From positions 372,001 through 436,000 of the forward strand of contig NIVC01000763.1 of assembly GCA_002269645.1 (NCBI GenBank): 64,000 nt of DNA, given 5' to 3'. Below are positions 51,125 through 61,958 of the stretch, one piece after another; position 1 is the first letter of the stretch, and every line of letters starts with the position of its first letter. The stretch is from Macrostomum lignano (lineage: Eukaryota). A program made the position numbers and the translations under genes. The notes beneath the pieces are model-generated. The model had not been told where the DNA came from and ran no database searches. It saw only the letters and a list, made by a program, of their open reading frames with translations.

Positions 51125-52017
51125 ATATTTCTATTCCGTGTTTTCTAGTTTAAGATCAAGGCCTTTATGTCCTTCCTTTGTTCGTGTGAGCTAGGTTGTT
51201 TCTTTGTGCTGTTTTTCTCTGTTGTGCGTTTTAGGAGTTTGTTTTGCATAATACTTCGACTATGTAGCATAGAAAAACATATTTTTTTATTTATTGAGCG
51301 AAAGATGGTTTTTAAGTATTGACAATTTAGAATTTTCAGTTTTTCAGTTCAGGATCGCAGGCTGCAATTAGCCAGCTACATTTTGTGCTTTATTGCTTGT
51401 AGTAGAGATCGTTTAGCTTGTGCTTTACAGTTTTTGTAAAGTTTTAGAAGTTTTCGTTTTGCATTTTTGAAATTATTATTTGCATGTTTACTGTAGTTTG
51501 TAAATACAAATCACTTATTATTCTCTAGGTTTATTTCTTTCAAGTTTTATACAAAACTTTTCGCTACAGCTTCCTACAGCAGGTCTGCAGGATGCGATTG
51601 TCTTTGCGTTGTTTTTTTTGTTACTGTGTAGAGAATGAATGTATGCCTAGTTCTGAGTAATTAGTCATCTTGAGTAACTTTTAAAGAGCAGTAGGATCAT
51701 CTTCATAGTGTCCTAGCTTCGTAGCTTTTGGAATTTCTAGGGGTACATGTACTCTACTGTACTTTTATTCCGCAAAAATGCTTTTAAAGCTACAAACTAA
51801 TATTTTATATAAAACTGGAATAAATTCTGGACAACCTGGTGAAAGAATCAGCTCTTTATCTGCAAAGAAAAAAAAATGGCAGCAGTTTGAAAAAATCGGC
51901 CTTCAAAAAAATTTGCACCATTTTAGAGTGTTACGTCCTTCTACTTAAGTAGTCCGTGGGATAACTTTTGTGGGTGAACAGCTGCTTGTTTGTTGCTAGG
52001 CCAATCGCACCAGAGGC

Positions 52018-53805
52018 AAAAGCAAAGGTGCCAATGGGACAGCAGCTGGGCTTCACCGGTAGCTTTTTCTGAAGGAAGAATGTGCTTTCAATAAGCTGTG
52101 CTGCTTGGTACTAATACGAGACTACTTTAGCAGAGGGCGGAGAAGCAGGGTAGAGCAGACAGCAGGGAGCAAAGCAGCGGGGGCAGAGCAGGACGCAGAA
52201 AACCAGAGGACAGAGCAGGGGGCAAAGGAGCAAGGTAGAGCAGACAGCAGACGTCAGAGCAAGAGGGCAGAGCAGGACAGAAGTTACGGGTCAGGAGAGG
52301 GAGCTATGGGTCAGGGGAGGGAAGCCAGGGGTCAAGGGGGAGAGAAGCCAGGGGTCAGTAAGGAGAAAAGCTAGGGCCAGGCAGAGAGAAGCCAGGGTCA
52401 GGGGAGAGAAGCCAGGGTCAGGGCAGGGAAGCAAGGGTCAGGGGGAAGAAGCCAGGGTCAGGGGAGAGAAGCCAGGGTCAAGGGAGAGAAGCCAGGGTCA
52501 GGGAAGAGAAGCCAGGGTCAAGGGAGGGAAGCCAGGGTCAGGGGGAGAGAAGCCAGGGTCAGGGAAGGGAAGCCAGGGTCAGGGGAGGAGAGAAGCCAGG
52601 GTCAGGGGAGAGAAGCCAAGGTCATGGGAGGGAAGCCAGGGGGAGAGGAGCCAAGGGAGAGAAGCCAGGGTCAGGGGAGGAGGGAAGCCAGGGTCAGGGG
52701 AGGAGAGAAGCCAGGGCCAGGGGAGGGAAGCCAGGGTCAGGGGAGGAGGGAAGCCAGGGTCAGTAAGGAGAGAAGCTAGAGTCAGGGGGAGGGAAGCCAG
52801 GGTCTGGGGAGGTAAGCCAGGGTCAGGGGAGGGAAGCCAGGGTCAGGGGGGAGAGAAGCCAGGGTCAGGGGAGGGAAGCCAGGGTCAGGGGGGAGAGAAG
52901 CCAGGGTCAGGGGAGGGAAGCCAGGGTCAGGGGAGGAGGGAAGCCAGGGTCAGTAAGGAGAGAAGCTAGAGTCAGGGGGAGGGAAGCCAGGGTCTGGGGA
53001 GGTAAGCCAGGGTCAGGGGAGGGAAGCCAGGGTCAGGGGGGAGAGAAGCCAGGGTCAGGGGAGGGAAGCCAGGGTCAGGGGGAGAGAAGCCAGGGTCAGG
53101 GGAGGGAAGCCAGGGTCAGGGGAGGAGGGAAGCCAGGGTCAGTAAGGAGAGAAGCTAGAGTCAGGGGGAGGGAAGCCAGGGTCTGGGGAGGTAAGCCAGG
53201 GTCAGGGGAGGGAAGCCAGGGTCAGGGGGGAGAGAAGCTAGGGTTAGAGGGAGGAAATCCAAGGTTAGGGGAGAGGGGAACTAAGGAAAGGAAAATAAGT
53301 CAAGGATCAGGTATTTTTTAAAATATTGTAGGCTTAGTTTTATAGTTTGTTATTTAGTCCAGGCCTAATGGTATACATAAAGTAGATAGAAAAAACAAAA
53401 AATTTAAGGCTCTTATCTAGTAAGTTAGCTAAATCTATTCATTAAGACCAAGTCAATAAGCTAGGCTTAGTGCTCAATCAATAGGCTTTCCTACATACAT
53501 ATGGCTATAGCAAAATAATAGAATTTAATTGAATTGAAGCCTTTTTATAATTGAATAAAAGTAGCTTATAAGATACTTCTCATCATATTAGACCTATATT
53601 TATATTTCAAATGCCTGTATTATTAATTAACTCACACGTGACAGGCTTTAAACTATAGGCAGCCTTAGAAGCTTTTGTTGAACGTTGAACACAGGAACCC
53701 TCATTCCTGTAAATTTTGTTTTCAAATTACATGCAAGCGAATTAATATTAACAAACGTCGATTTTTCTACTGCAAATTGTTATTAAACACCCGTGAAAGC
53801 TTTCA
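52018..53805. repeat. Right arm of the long inverted repeat (unique segment + G-rich minisatellite 52300-53245 + AT-rich segment)
   Basis: Reverse complement of 40092-41648, with an extra segment of about 160 bp at 52145-52300 and a different array length. Confidence 0.92.
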
Positions 53806-54921
53806 CTGAGATAGGAAGTTTTCAGCACTATGCCTCACAATACCCCCGGTTTCTCGACTTCCGAATTACCAACGGAACAAGCAATTTTTTGTCTCTTTAG
53901 TCTATTTTTCTCTATTTTCTTCCCAGCGTGGAGTTTTCCCAGTTCTGCCCAAAAAGGAGGGGCGATGATTGTTACGAGCTAGTAGGCTTTTTCCATAGAT
54001 ATCTCCTTTGGCTGCTAGCGGGGGTCCAAAGCCCCACATTCTAACCACAGACAAAGTTGTGAGTGCACCTCGGACAAAATATACTTGTTCCGCTTGTAGT
54101 TCGGAAGACCAGAAAATGAGAGACATCGGGAATTCAATGCTAAAAAAACATAAATATTCCGAAATCTCGATAATCCATTTTCAACGACTCTTTGCATGAA
54201 TTGCAAATCTCCGTGAGAACAAATCCAACTGAAAAAGAAATCTAAATGCAAAAAAAGCTTTTAATATCAAATACCTTAGGTATTAACCTGATTTCAGAGA
54301 TTCTTGGAAGCTTCAATCGAGAAGACTTGCTGCCAACTGCTTTCGAAATGCAAAAAATCGCAGCATTAACCCAATACTCGAAGTATATCATCTGTCTGTT
54401 CGGCTGAATAAATCAAAAACTCAAAAAGCCATCAACATAACAGTTAATAACAAATGCTACATCATTGTAAGTTTGTGAAGTTATGGCTCGAACAAAACCG
54501 TATGAATGGGTTCGGTCATACAGATGATATCACTTAGTGGGAGATGATACTGGCGGGAGATGCAAATAAAATATGCAAAAACAATCATTCGGATTTGTTT
54601 GAGCGAAGACTTCACAAGCTTAAAATTCGTTATTATTTGTTCGGCTTATCGGTATCGAGGATTCCAGTGCCGCAAGGACAGAGACCGAACCGGAGTCCGA
54701 GGTGACCGCTGTACACAGAAGATTTGTACCGACCGAGCATCCGCTGGCCTTCGTGTGGCGACTCATCGCTTTGCAGCTGCAACCAATTTTGTTGAATCCA
54801 TTGCTGCTTCTTGAACTTAAATGAATGTAAATCTGGTTTAATCACAGCATCTGCTTTCATACCGGTAGTTGTACTTTGCTTCATTTGGGTTTTTTATTTT
54901 AACGGAAGTCGGATGTAACAT

Positions 54922-54934
54922 TGGCGACGAGGAT
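54922..54934 (+). promoter_or_regulatory. Primer binding site TGGCGACGAGGAT, complementary to the tRNA-Ser(GCU) 3' end
   Basis: Lies 1 nt after the LTR-terminal TGTAACA; matches the recalled tRNA-Ser(GCU) end ATCCTCGTCG-CCA. Confidence 0.75.
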
Positions 54935-54952
54935 TCTTCAGAAGAAGACAAA

Positions 54953-56182
54953 ATGACCGCGCCAAATACTGCTTCGAAAATCAGCACATTTGATCCGGCA
55001 CGACCTGAAAGGTGGACTGTATACGAGGAGCGTCTGGAACAATACTTCATCGCTAAATCCATCACCAAAGAGGAGATTAAGCGAGCCGAGCTCATCACAG
55101 TAATTGGTGAAGACTGCTATACGTTGCTCAGAGACTTACTGTCTCCAGACTCCCCGAAGGACAAATCCTACGATGATTTAATTGAAAATTCACGAACGCA
55201 TTTCACCCCAACGCCGAAAAGAATCGTCGAGAGATACAACTTTCATCACCGAAGCCAGCAGGAAGGCGAATCCATTGCAGAGTACGTCGCGCAGCTACGG
55301 AAGTTGGCGGCAACCTGTTCGTTTGAAGGCTTTTTGTCGGAGGCGATCAGAGACAGACTGGTTTGTGGACTACGAAGCAAGCTGACACAGCAAAGGCTGC
55401 TGCAGGAGGACGATGTTTCACTGGACGACGCAGTTAAAATCTCGACAGCAATCGAAATCGCAGAGAAGGGTGCAATGCAGATCCACACTGGAAGAGACAC
55501 TGTCGGCCTGGCTCAGGCCAATGCGGTATATGGAAGATCATCTGCTAAGGGATCGGGACCGACGAATCCGGCCAGTTCAGACGACCGGTGCTACAGGTGC
55601 CTCTCTTCTGGGCACTGGGCGAGAAGCTGTCCCAAAAGATCGCATGTCTGCAGTCGATGCAATAAACCAGGTCATGTTGAGAAGGCGTGCAGGACGAAGC
55701 AGAAGCAGTTCAGCGGAAACCAACCGCCGCACAGCAAGAAGAAGTTCGAAACCAAGCAGAGCTACAAAGGTAGGAAAATAAAGCATCTGAGCGCAAATGG
55801 AAGCCCCGGCAGTAGTGAGAAGTCGTACGATTTCTCTGACGTCAAGAACGTCGCTGTCAATTCAAATTACGAGGCTAAGCGAATGAGCGCACAGAAGGCT
55901 CGGTTCAAGCCTTTCACAGAGACACTGCAAGTCAACGGGTCTCCGATTAAATTCGAAGTGGACACCGGCGCCGAGCGCACAATTGTAAACAAATCGACAG
56001 CGGAACTAATCCGAGTTAAACCGCGCGGCACGACCTTGGTCCTCACATCTTATTCTAACGAACAGATTCCCCTACTTGGAGAGGCTGTGGTTCAGGTTGT
56101 AATTGGCGACATTGCGACGGAGCTGCAGGTCGTCGTCACTGACGGCACAAAGCAGAACCTGCGATTGGATAACGCAACTTGA
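54953..56182 (+). CDS. gag: Gypsy Gag (two CCHC knuckles) + aspartic protease
   Basis: WTVYEERLEQYF; CYRCLSSGHWARSC and CSRCNKPGHVEKAC; FEVDTGA. The frame is broken by a small deletion at about 56160. Confidence 0.9.
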   Translation: MTAPNTASKISTFDPARPERWTVYEERLEQYFIAKSITKEEIKRAELITVIGEDCYTLLRDLLSPDSPKDKSYDDLIENSRTHFTPTPKRIVERYNFHHRSQQEGESIAEYVAQLRKLAATCSFEGFLSEAIRDRLVCGLRSKLTQQRLLQEDDVSLDDAVKISTAIEIAEKGAMQIHTGRDTVGLAQANAVYGRSSAKGSGPTNPASSDDRCYRCLSSGHWARSCPKRSHVCSRCNKPGHVEKACRTKQKQFSGNQPPHSKKKFETKQSYKGRKIKHLSANGSPGSSEKSYDFSDVKNVAVNSNYEAKRMSAQKARFKPFTETLQVNGSPIKFEVDTGAERTIVNKSTAELIRVKPRGTTLVLTSYSNEQIPLLGEAVVQVVIGDIATELQVVVTDGTKQNLRLDNAT

Positions 56183-57240
56183 TCCCCTGGCCCGGAAATA
56201 CGCAGGAGAAGCGTCAGCAGTGGGAATTCTTTCCCTCGATGCTGATCACGAGCTCAAGACGATTCTAGAAGAAAATTCGGAATTATTCTCAGATGGTCTT
56301 GGGAAGATAAAACATTATACAGCCAGACTGCATCTCAAGGAGAACACAACTCCAAAGTTTTGTAAAGCACGACCGGTACCATTTGCTCTTAAGCCCGCCA
56401 TCGAGCAGGAACTCAAAAGCCTAGAGAATCAGGACATTATCCGGAAGGTGAAGACGTCTGACTATGCAAGTCCAATCGTCCCTGTGCTGAAGAAGGATAG
56501 AAAATCGATACGAATCTGTGCAGACTATAAGCGAACTATAAACCCTGCCCTCGAGGTGGACATTTATCCGCTAGGCAAGCCGGACGAACTGTTTACTCGA
56601 CTCAGCGGAGGCAAATTCTTTACGAAACTGGACATATCTCAGGCCTTTCTTCAGCTGGAGCTACAGGAGGAGTGCCGCAAGTACACCACTATCAACACCC
56701 ATATGGGCCTGTACGAATACAACAGATTAGTTATGGGCCTGGCAAGCTCTTCAGCTCAGTTTCAGGAGGCTATGGACAAGATTTTGAGCGATACGGATGC
56801 GATTTGTTTCGTCGACGATATCGTCATTAGCGCCGCATCACAAAGCGAGCATAACAAAAAGCTGAGAAACGTTTTGGTTCTGCTGAAGAACCACGGAATT
56901 AAACTGAACAAGAGCAAATGTGAATTCATGATGCGCGAGATTGAGTTCCTCGGTCACGTGATCGACGAGAACGGCGTGCATCAGTCACCGAGAATTATGA
57001 AAGCCATCGCGGAGGCTCCAAGGCCAACCAATATTCCAGAAGTCCGCTCGCTAGTTGGGCTAATCAACTACTACAGGAAGTTCATCAGAGGCCTGTCCGA
57101 CATCCTAGCACCTCTAAATGCATTGCTCCAGAAGGACGCTGAGTTTATTTGGAGTAACGAGTGTGAACGAGCATTTGTTGCGTGCAAGTCAGCTCTAACA
57201 TCTACTCAAGTACTAGTCCACTACGACCCGGACAAGCTGT
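56160..57240 (+). CDS. pol: Gypsy Pol: reverse transcriptase
   Basis: PKFCKARPVPFALK, ASPIVPVLKK, IRICADYK, KLDISQAFLQ, FVDDIVI, FLGHVI. Frameshift at about 57240. Confidence 0.9.
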
Positions 57241-58990
57241 TCATACCGACGCGTCATGCTATGGTGTCGGCGCGGTGCTTTCACATATTATGAGCGATTC
57301 GGATGAGAAGCCAATCTGTTATGCGTCCAGAGGCCTGTCCAAGGCTGAGAAGAACTATTCGCAAATAGAAAAGGAAGGTTTAGCAATAGTCTTCGCGGTG
57401 AAAAAGTTCCACCAGTATTTGTACGGCAGACGGTTTATTCTGGTCACTGACCATAAACCGCTTGTGACGATATTCGGTCCGAAGAACAACATTCCAAGCA
57501 TAGCTGCCAGTCGGTTGCAGCGCTGGGCTGTGATTCTGTCAGCCTATCAGTTCGAGATTCGATACAGGCGGACAGACGAACATGGAAATGCGGACGCGTT
57601 GTCAAGACTGCCGCTGGAGAATACTAAGTCCACGGAGGATGGTGTGTTCCAGAATCGCATAGAGGCTCAACCAATCGACCATGGAGAGTTAAAGAGAGCA
57701 ACAGCGATGGACGAAAATCTGTCCCGTGTTCTGCGATACTGTCGTTTTGGGTGGCCAGAACATAGCGAACAAGAGCTTCAGCCCTACCACTCGAGGCGAA
57801 ACGAGCTGAGTGTTGAAGATGGAGTCATCTTTTGGGGCATCAGGATGTTGATCCCTGCTTCACTGAAGCAGCAGCTACTGCAACTGCTACACGAAGGGCA
57901 CCCCGGCATTGTGGGCATGAAGTCCCTGGCACGGCTGCATGTATGGTATCCAGGGATCGATAAAGACATCGAGACGGCTCTAACCAAATGCAAGGGTTGC
58001 CAAGCGCAGAGGAACCTGCCGCCACAGGCGCCACTGCAGCCGTTGCTCTGGCCAGAAAAGGCATGGACTCGACTTCACTTGGACTTCTTTGGTCCATGCT
58101 ACGGGTTCATGTGGCTTGTCGTTGTCGATGCCACAACCAAATGGGTTGAAATTTACCCGATGAGGTCGGCGACTGCCCATGGCACGATCACCAAGCTGCA
58201 GGAAACTTTCGCGAGATATGGTTATCCGAGGCAAATCCTCTCTGACAATGGGTCGCAGTTCACTGCTGAGGAATTTAAAAACTACCTTCGAAGCTGCCGC
58301 ATCACACAAATTCTGACGTCGGTGGGGCATCCAAGATCGAATGGACTAGCCGAGCGAATGGTTCAGACCGCCAAAAGAGCGTTAAGAGCGGGCATGAAGG
58401 ACTCTCATGATGCACTAGGATGCCTAAATGCTTTTCTAGCGCGCTACCGAGTTACGCCACACTCTACAACCGGCAAGACGCCTAGCGAGATGATGCTAAA
58501 GTACTCGCCAAGAACTAAACTTAGTCATCTTCACCAGGACACCGAGCAAAGAGTTGCTGAGAAGCAGGAGCAGCAGAAGCAGCAACACGACAAGGGAGCT
58601 TCAAAAGTAGCCCGTGAGTTTGAACCTGGAGAATCTGTGCTCGTGCTCGACTTCAGGAAGCAAGGAGAGGACAAATGGGCCGTCGGAGAAATTCTTAAGC
58701 GCCGTGCACAACTCTCGTATCTGGTGAAAGTAGGCCGCATGGTCTGGAAACGGCACGTGGACCACATTACTTCGACAGGACTTCAAACGGAGAGCAAGGC
58801 CGCTTTGTCCCATGAATTGCTGGAGCAGCTAATCGGGAAAGGCAATAACGAGTCGCAGGCAATTAACTCAGGCGGAGGAGCGACAACCAAGACTAGATGT
58901 GCGGAGACTGCCCAGGCCAGGAGGCATCGCTACAAGCATGAGGATGTGCCTCTAACTCAGACCAGACTGAGACCCCGAGCTGCAACTTGA
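57240..58990 (+). CDS. pol: Gypsy Pol: RNase H + integrase
   Basis: TDASCYGVGAVL, NYSQIEKEGLAI, TDHKPL; HHCC LHEGHPG..CKGCQ; DDE motifs LHLDF, SDNGSQF, GLAERMV. Confidence 0.9.
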
Positions 58991-59066
58991 TGTGACGGAA
59001 ATTTTTGTTTAAGAGGAAAACTTACTCTTGCACAATGACGAACAAATTTTTCTAAGGGGAGACATA

Positions 59067-59280
59067 TGTGGTATATGCGCATATAAAGTATATTTCATTT
59101 CACACACATTGGCCATAGACACTGCCCCTGTTAACCCTGCGTTCTAAAGCTAATATAAGGAGAGCAAATATAAAGGAAATGAATGTTAACATCGGCATGG
59201 CAAGAGCCCGCTACCAAGCTTGAGATTACTAACCATAATTCACCTGGACTTCGAGTTGGTAACGGAAGTCGGATGTAACA
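59067..59280 (+). repeat. 3' LTR, 214 bp
   Basis: Starts TGTGG after the PPT; ends with the same 21 bp that precede the PBS. Confidence 0.85.
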
Positions 59281-59711
59281 CTACTACACTGTAATTGCTC
59301 GTCTTTGCATTTCGTCAAATAAAGTGTGCTAGCCCCTATGGTTCCTACTGAAATTATCTCACCAATTTGCTGCAGTTCTTTAGTTCTAATTTCTCTATCC
59401 TATAAATTGTCACTAATATATCTACTTTGCGTAGCGTTGGCAGCCCTAATCTATTACTCTTTCCTAGAAACTTCTAATTTCACACGGTTTCCTAGAAACC
59501 TCGTGATAGCGTGTAGTGCCCGAGCGGTAAGACACTGTCTAATTCCCTAATTCAGTCCAAAAGTATAGCGTTCTCCGGGGACCAAGGATGTCCAGCGGTA
59601 ACTAATCTACTTCCCTAATACCTAATTTCTTAATGCTTAATGCCTATTATTAGCCTGTACGGCTTTCCTAGGATCTGTACGATCTCGATCTCCCTACTCA
59701 GGTTCCTATTC

Positions 59712-59885
59712 TTGGGTCTCCACGACCTCTGGTTTCCTATCCAGATCCTTAGTTCTTGGGTCTCCACGACCTCAAGTTTCCTAATCAGATCCCTATCTAG
59801 AGTCCTGGTTTTGGGTCTCCACGACCTCTGGTTTCCCTATCTAAAGTCCTGGTTTTGGGTCTCCACGACCTCTGGTTTCCCTATC
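59712..59885. repeat. Four degenerate repeats of about 45 bp (core TTGGGTCTCCACGACCTC)
   Basis: Cores at 59712, 59756, 59811, 59855. Confidence 0.8.
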
Positions 59886-60870
59886 TTATGAAAGAAATAA
59901 CGAGATAAGTCTTAGCCAAATTTAGATTTGTTTCGCTAAAAGATTCTCGCAAGAATAGTTAAAGGCAATTATTGGGAACGATCGCCGAGGTTATATTTTT
60001 CTAGCGTCAACCTGATTCCTTATATACAGAAAATTTGGGGAAGGTGGGACGCATTTTAACAATTACTAAAATTATAACAAAGATAATTTGATTCGTTTGG
60101 GGGATTTAAACAAATGGGGAAGAAAATTTCTGATTGGCTGTGATTAAAACTCGGGTTTAACTACTGTTATAAGTAATATACATAGTTTATAGGGGTTCTG
60201 CCTCAAAAGTTAAAATAAAAAAAAAAATAAAGTTACAGCTCGTTTCACAATGCTTGATAATCCAAGATGTTTTCTATTGGGTTTGGGTCACAGTCGTAGA
60301 ATTATTTGCGAGGTGAGTGCCATCAAAATTGTCAAATATTGTATAAATACTCTCGTACACATTCGCGTTTATTCAGCCATCCCATACTGGTTGCCGGAGA
60401 GGCTGCATGAGCGTTTCTGATGACAATTCTGATGATAGCCCCATCAATAGCGCGCTGCAAGCACCTGTCGCTGAAAGCGGTGCTGCTCTGTCTGCAGCTT
60501 CAGAATGAGAAGACCTTAGCGATTTTTACATGGTAACTGCATCGAACTAGCTGCAAAAAACTAAGACACTTCTTTTTGTGCTATGTACAGCTCAGAAGGT
60601 GCTTCAAGCACTTGCCTTCCCTGTCAAAAACTTGGCATTGACAGAAAAAGCACCCCACTTGTCAACAGTGAATCAATAAAAACATCGAAGTCATTGAAAT
60701 TATTGCTTTTACTTGTCAGCAGGGATTTCACTTTAATCTTCAGAACCCTGTCATGCTCTGGTATATTTATGGACCTTTAGAATATTCAATTCTGAAAACA
60801 CATTCAGTGAATTTCGCTTAGAAAAGTCATCTAGTCAACTATCTGACAGACTTCCATTGAAGCTTCCGGA

Positions 60871-61958
60871 TCAGCCAGGATAGAAGAAGCCATAAGCTTC
60901 GATCTCGCAAATGGCAAACGCCTCGACCTGCCGATTCAGAACTCGAACTCGACTGCCGAGCTGCCAGCAGCTGAGGTTCTTCACCAAGAATGGAGTCACA
61001 ATGTTCACCTCGTGGCACACAACTCCGTCAACCAGCAGCTGGAAGTCGTTCAAACGTTGAGGGCAGCAGTCCTGCCTGTTGTAGATGGTGACGGATGCGA
61101 CCATGGACTGCTGTGACAGCCGGCCCTCCCACCACTCAGAGCCGTTGTTGGTGGTGTGGCTGCAAGATCCGTCAAAATAATTTTGACGCTTGTCTCCATC
61201 GATAGCCCGGCTGCAAACGCCGCCTGATGAAGTGCTGCTTTGAGTGCAGTCTGTGAACATAATCTTCCTAATGCTTGTATCTGAAATTGTTGGCGTTTAA
61301 TATGCTTTAATAACAACAACAACAACAACACCATACGCCACAGAGGGGGAGGTGTTAGAACGCACGCCTTTGTGCTGCACATCTCAAAAAGTCAGCTTCC
61401 CAAGTCAGAATCAGACCGGGGTTCGCGCATCCGTCAAAAGCTGGTCGGGTAACGGCTGGCGGCAGCGACTTTCCGACGGGATGACGTGACGAGCGAGCCT
61501 GAGTCGCCTCCCGCGCAGCAGGCCAGAAGGCGAGCGCTGACATACAGCACGACGTTGAACTCGTAGCCAACATAAACAGCATATGCACTCGTAGAGTGCT
61601 CACAAGACTCATACCAGCGTAGTGACACCAGCCACAAGTTCGACTTACCTGGAGCATAGATGTCGCAACGCCCGGTCGTGAGCAGTGTCCAGGAGTCCCT
61701 GTTGAAGAAGGCGGACACCGTGAAGAGCCGGCAGTCTCTAGCAAAGCTGAGCCAGCAGATGCCAAAGCAGCCAGACCTGGCTGAGCACAGTCCGGAGCAG
61801 TGGATCCGGCTGGCCGCCTTGTGCGAAGCGAAGCTCACTGGCGATGAGCTGCTGTCGCTTGAGTCGAGTCGGAACTCGTTTCTCTTCGAACTGGCCTGGC
61901 AGTCGGCGATGACGAGGGCCTGCAGGAGCAGAGCGGCAGTCAGCAGGTTGAGATGCAT
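60871..61958 (-). CDS. Secreted PAN/apple-like + F-type (fucose-binding) lectin, 2 exons, 239 aa
   Basis: Exons 61958-61649 and 61280-60871; GT-AG intron, phase 1; 720 nt. Signal peptide MHLNLLTAALLLQALVIADC; SRIHCSGLCSARSGCFG..CRL; FLD motif H-x26-R-x-D-x4-R (HTT..NRQDCCPQR) is exact; AIDG and CEIEAYG present. Confidence 0.88.

Larger units (their letters stand above)
46825..51958 (+). mobile_element. P-superfamily DNA transposon, 5134 bp including nested insertions
   Basis: Imperfect TIRs of about 70 bp (CAAGGACCACTAG..GGACGTTACACTC..AAATTTTTTTGAAGTCCGATTTT vs CACGGACTACTTAAG..GGACGTAACACTC..AAATTTTTTTGAAGGCCGATTTT); perfect 8-bp TSD GGATAACT at 46817-46824 and 51959-51966. Confidence 0.88.
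54900..59280 (+). mobile_element. Gypsy (Mag-like) LTR retrotransposon with complete 3' LTR but only 21 bp of the 5' LTR
   Basis: LTR-end remnant 54900-54920, PBS 54922-54934, gag-pol 54953-58990, PPT AAGGGGAGA at about 59054-59062, 3' LTR 59067-59280 (TGT..ACA). Confidence 0.92.

Noticed and set aside
40092-53805. Galileo-like element: long array-containing TIRs plus P-type transposase as one transposon
   Set aside because: The P transposase has its own TIRs and 8-bp TSD (46825-51958) and interrupts the right arm; the long arms have no TSD.
54520-54814. Degenerate THAP domain (W..RICLSEDF)
   Set aside because: The C2CH ligands are incomplete, and it lies outside the P element boundaries.
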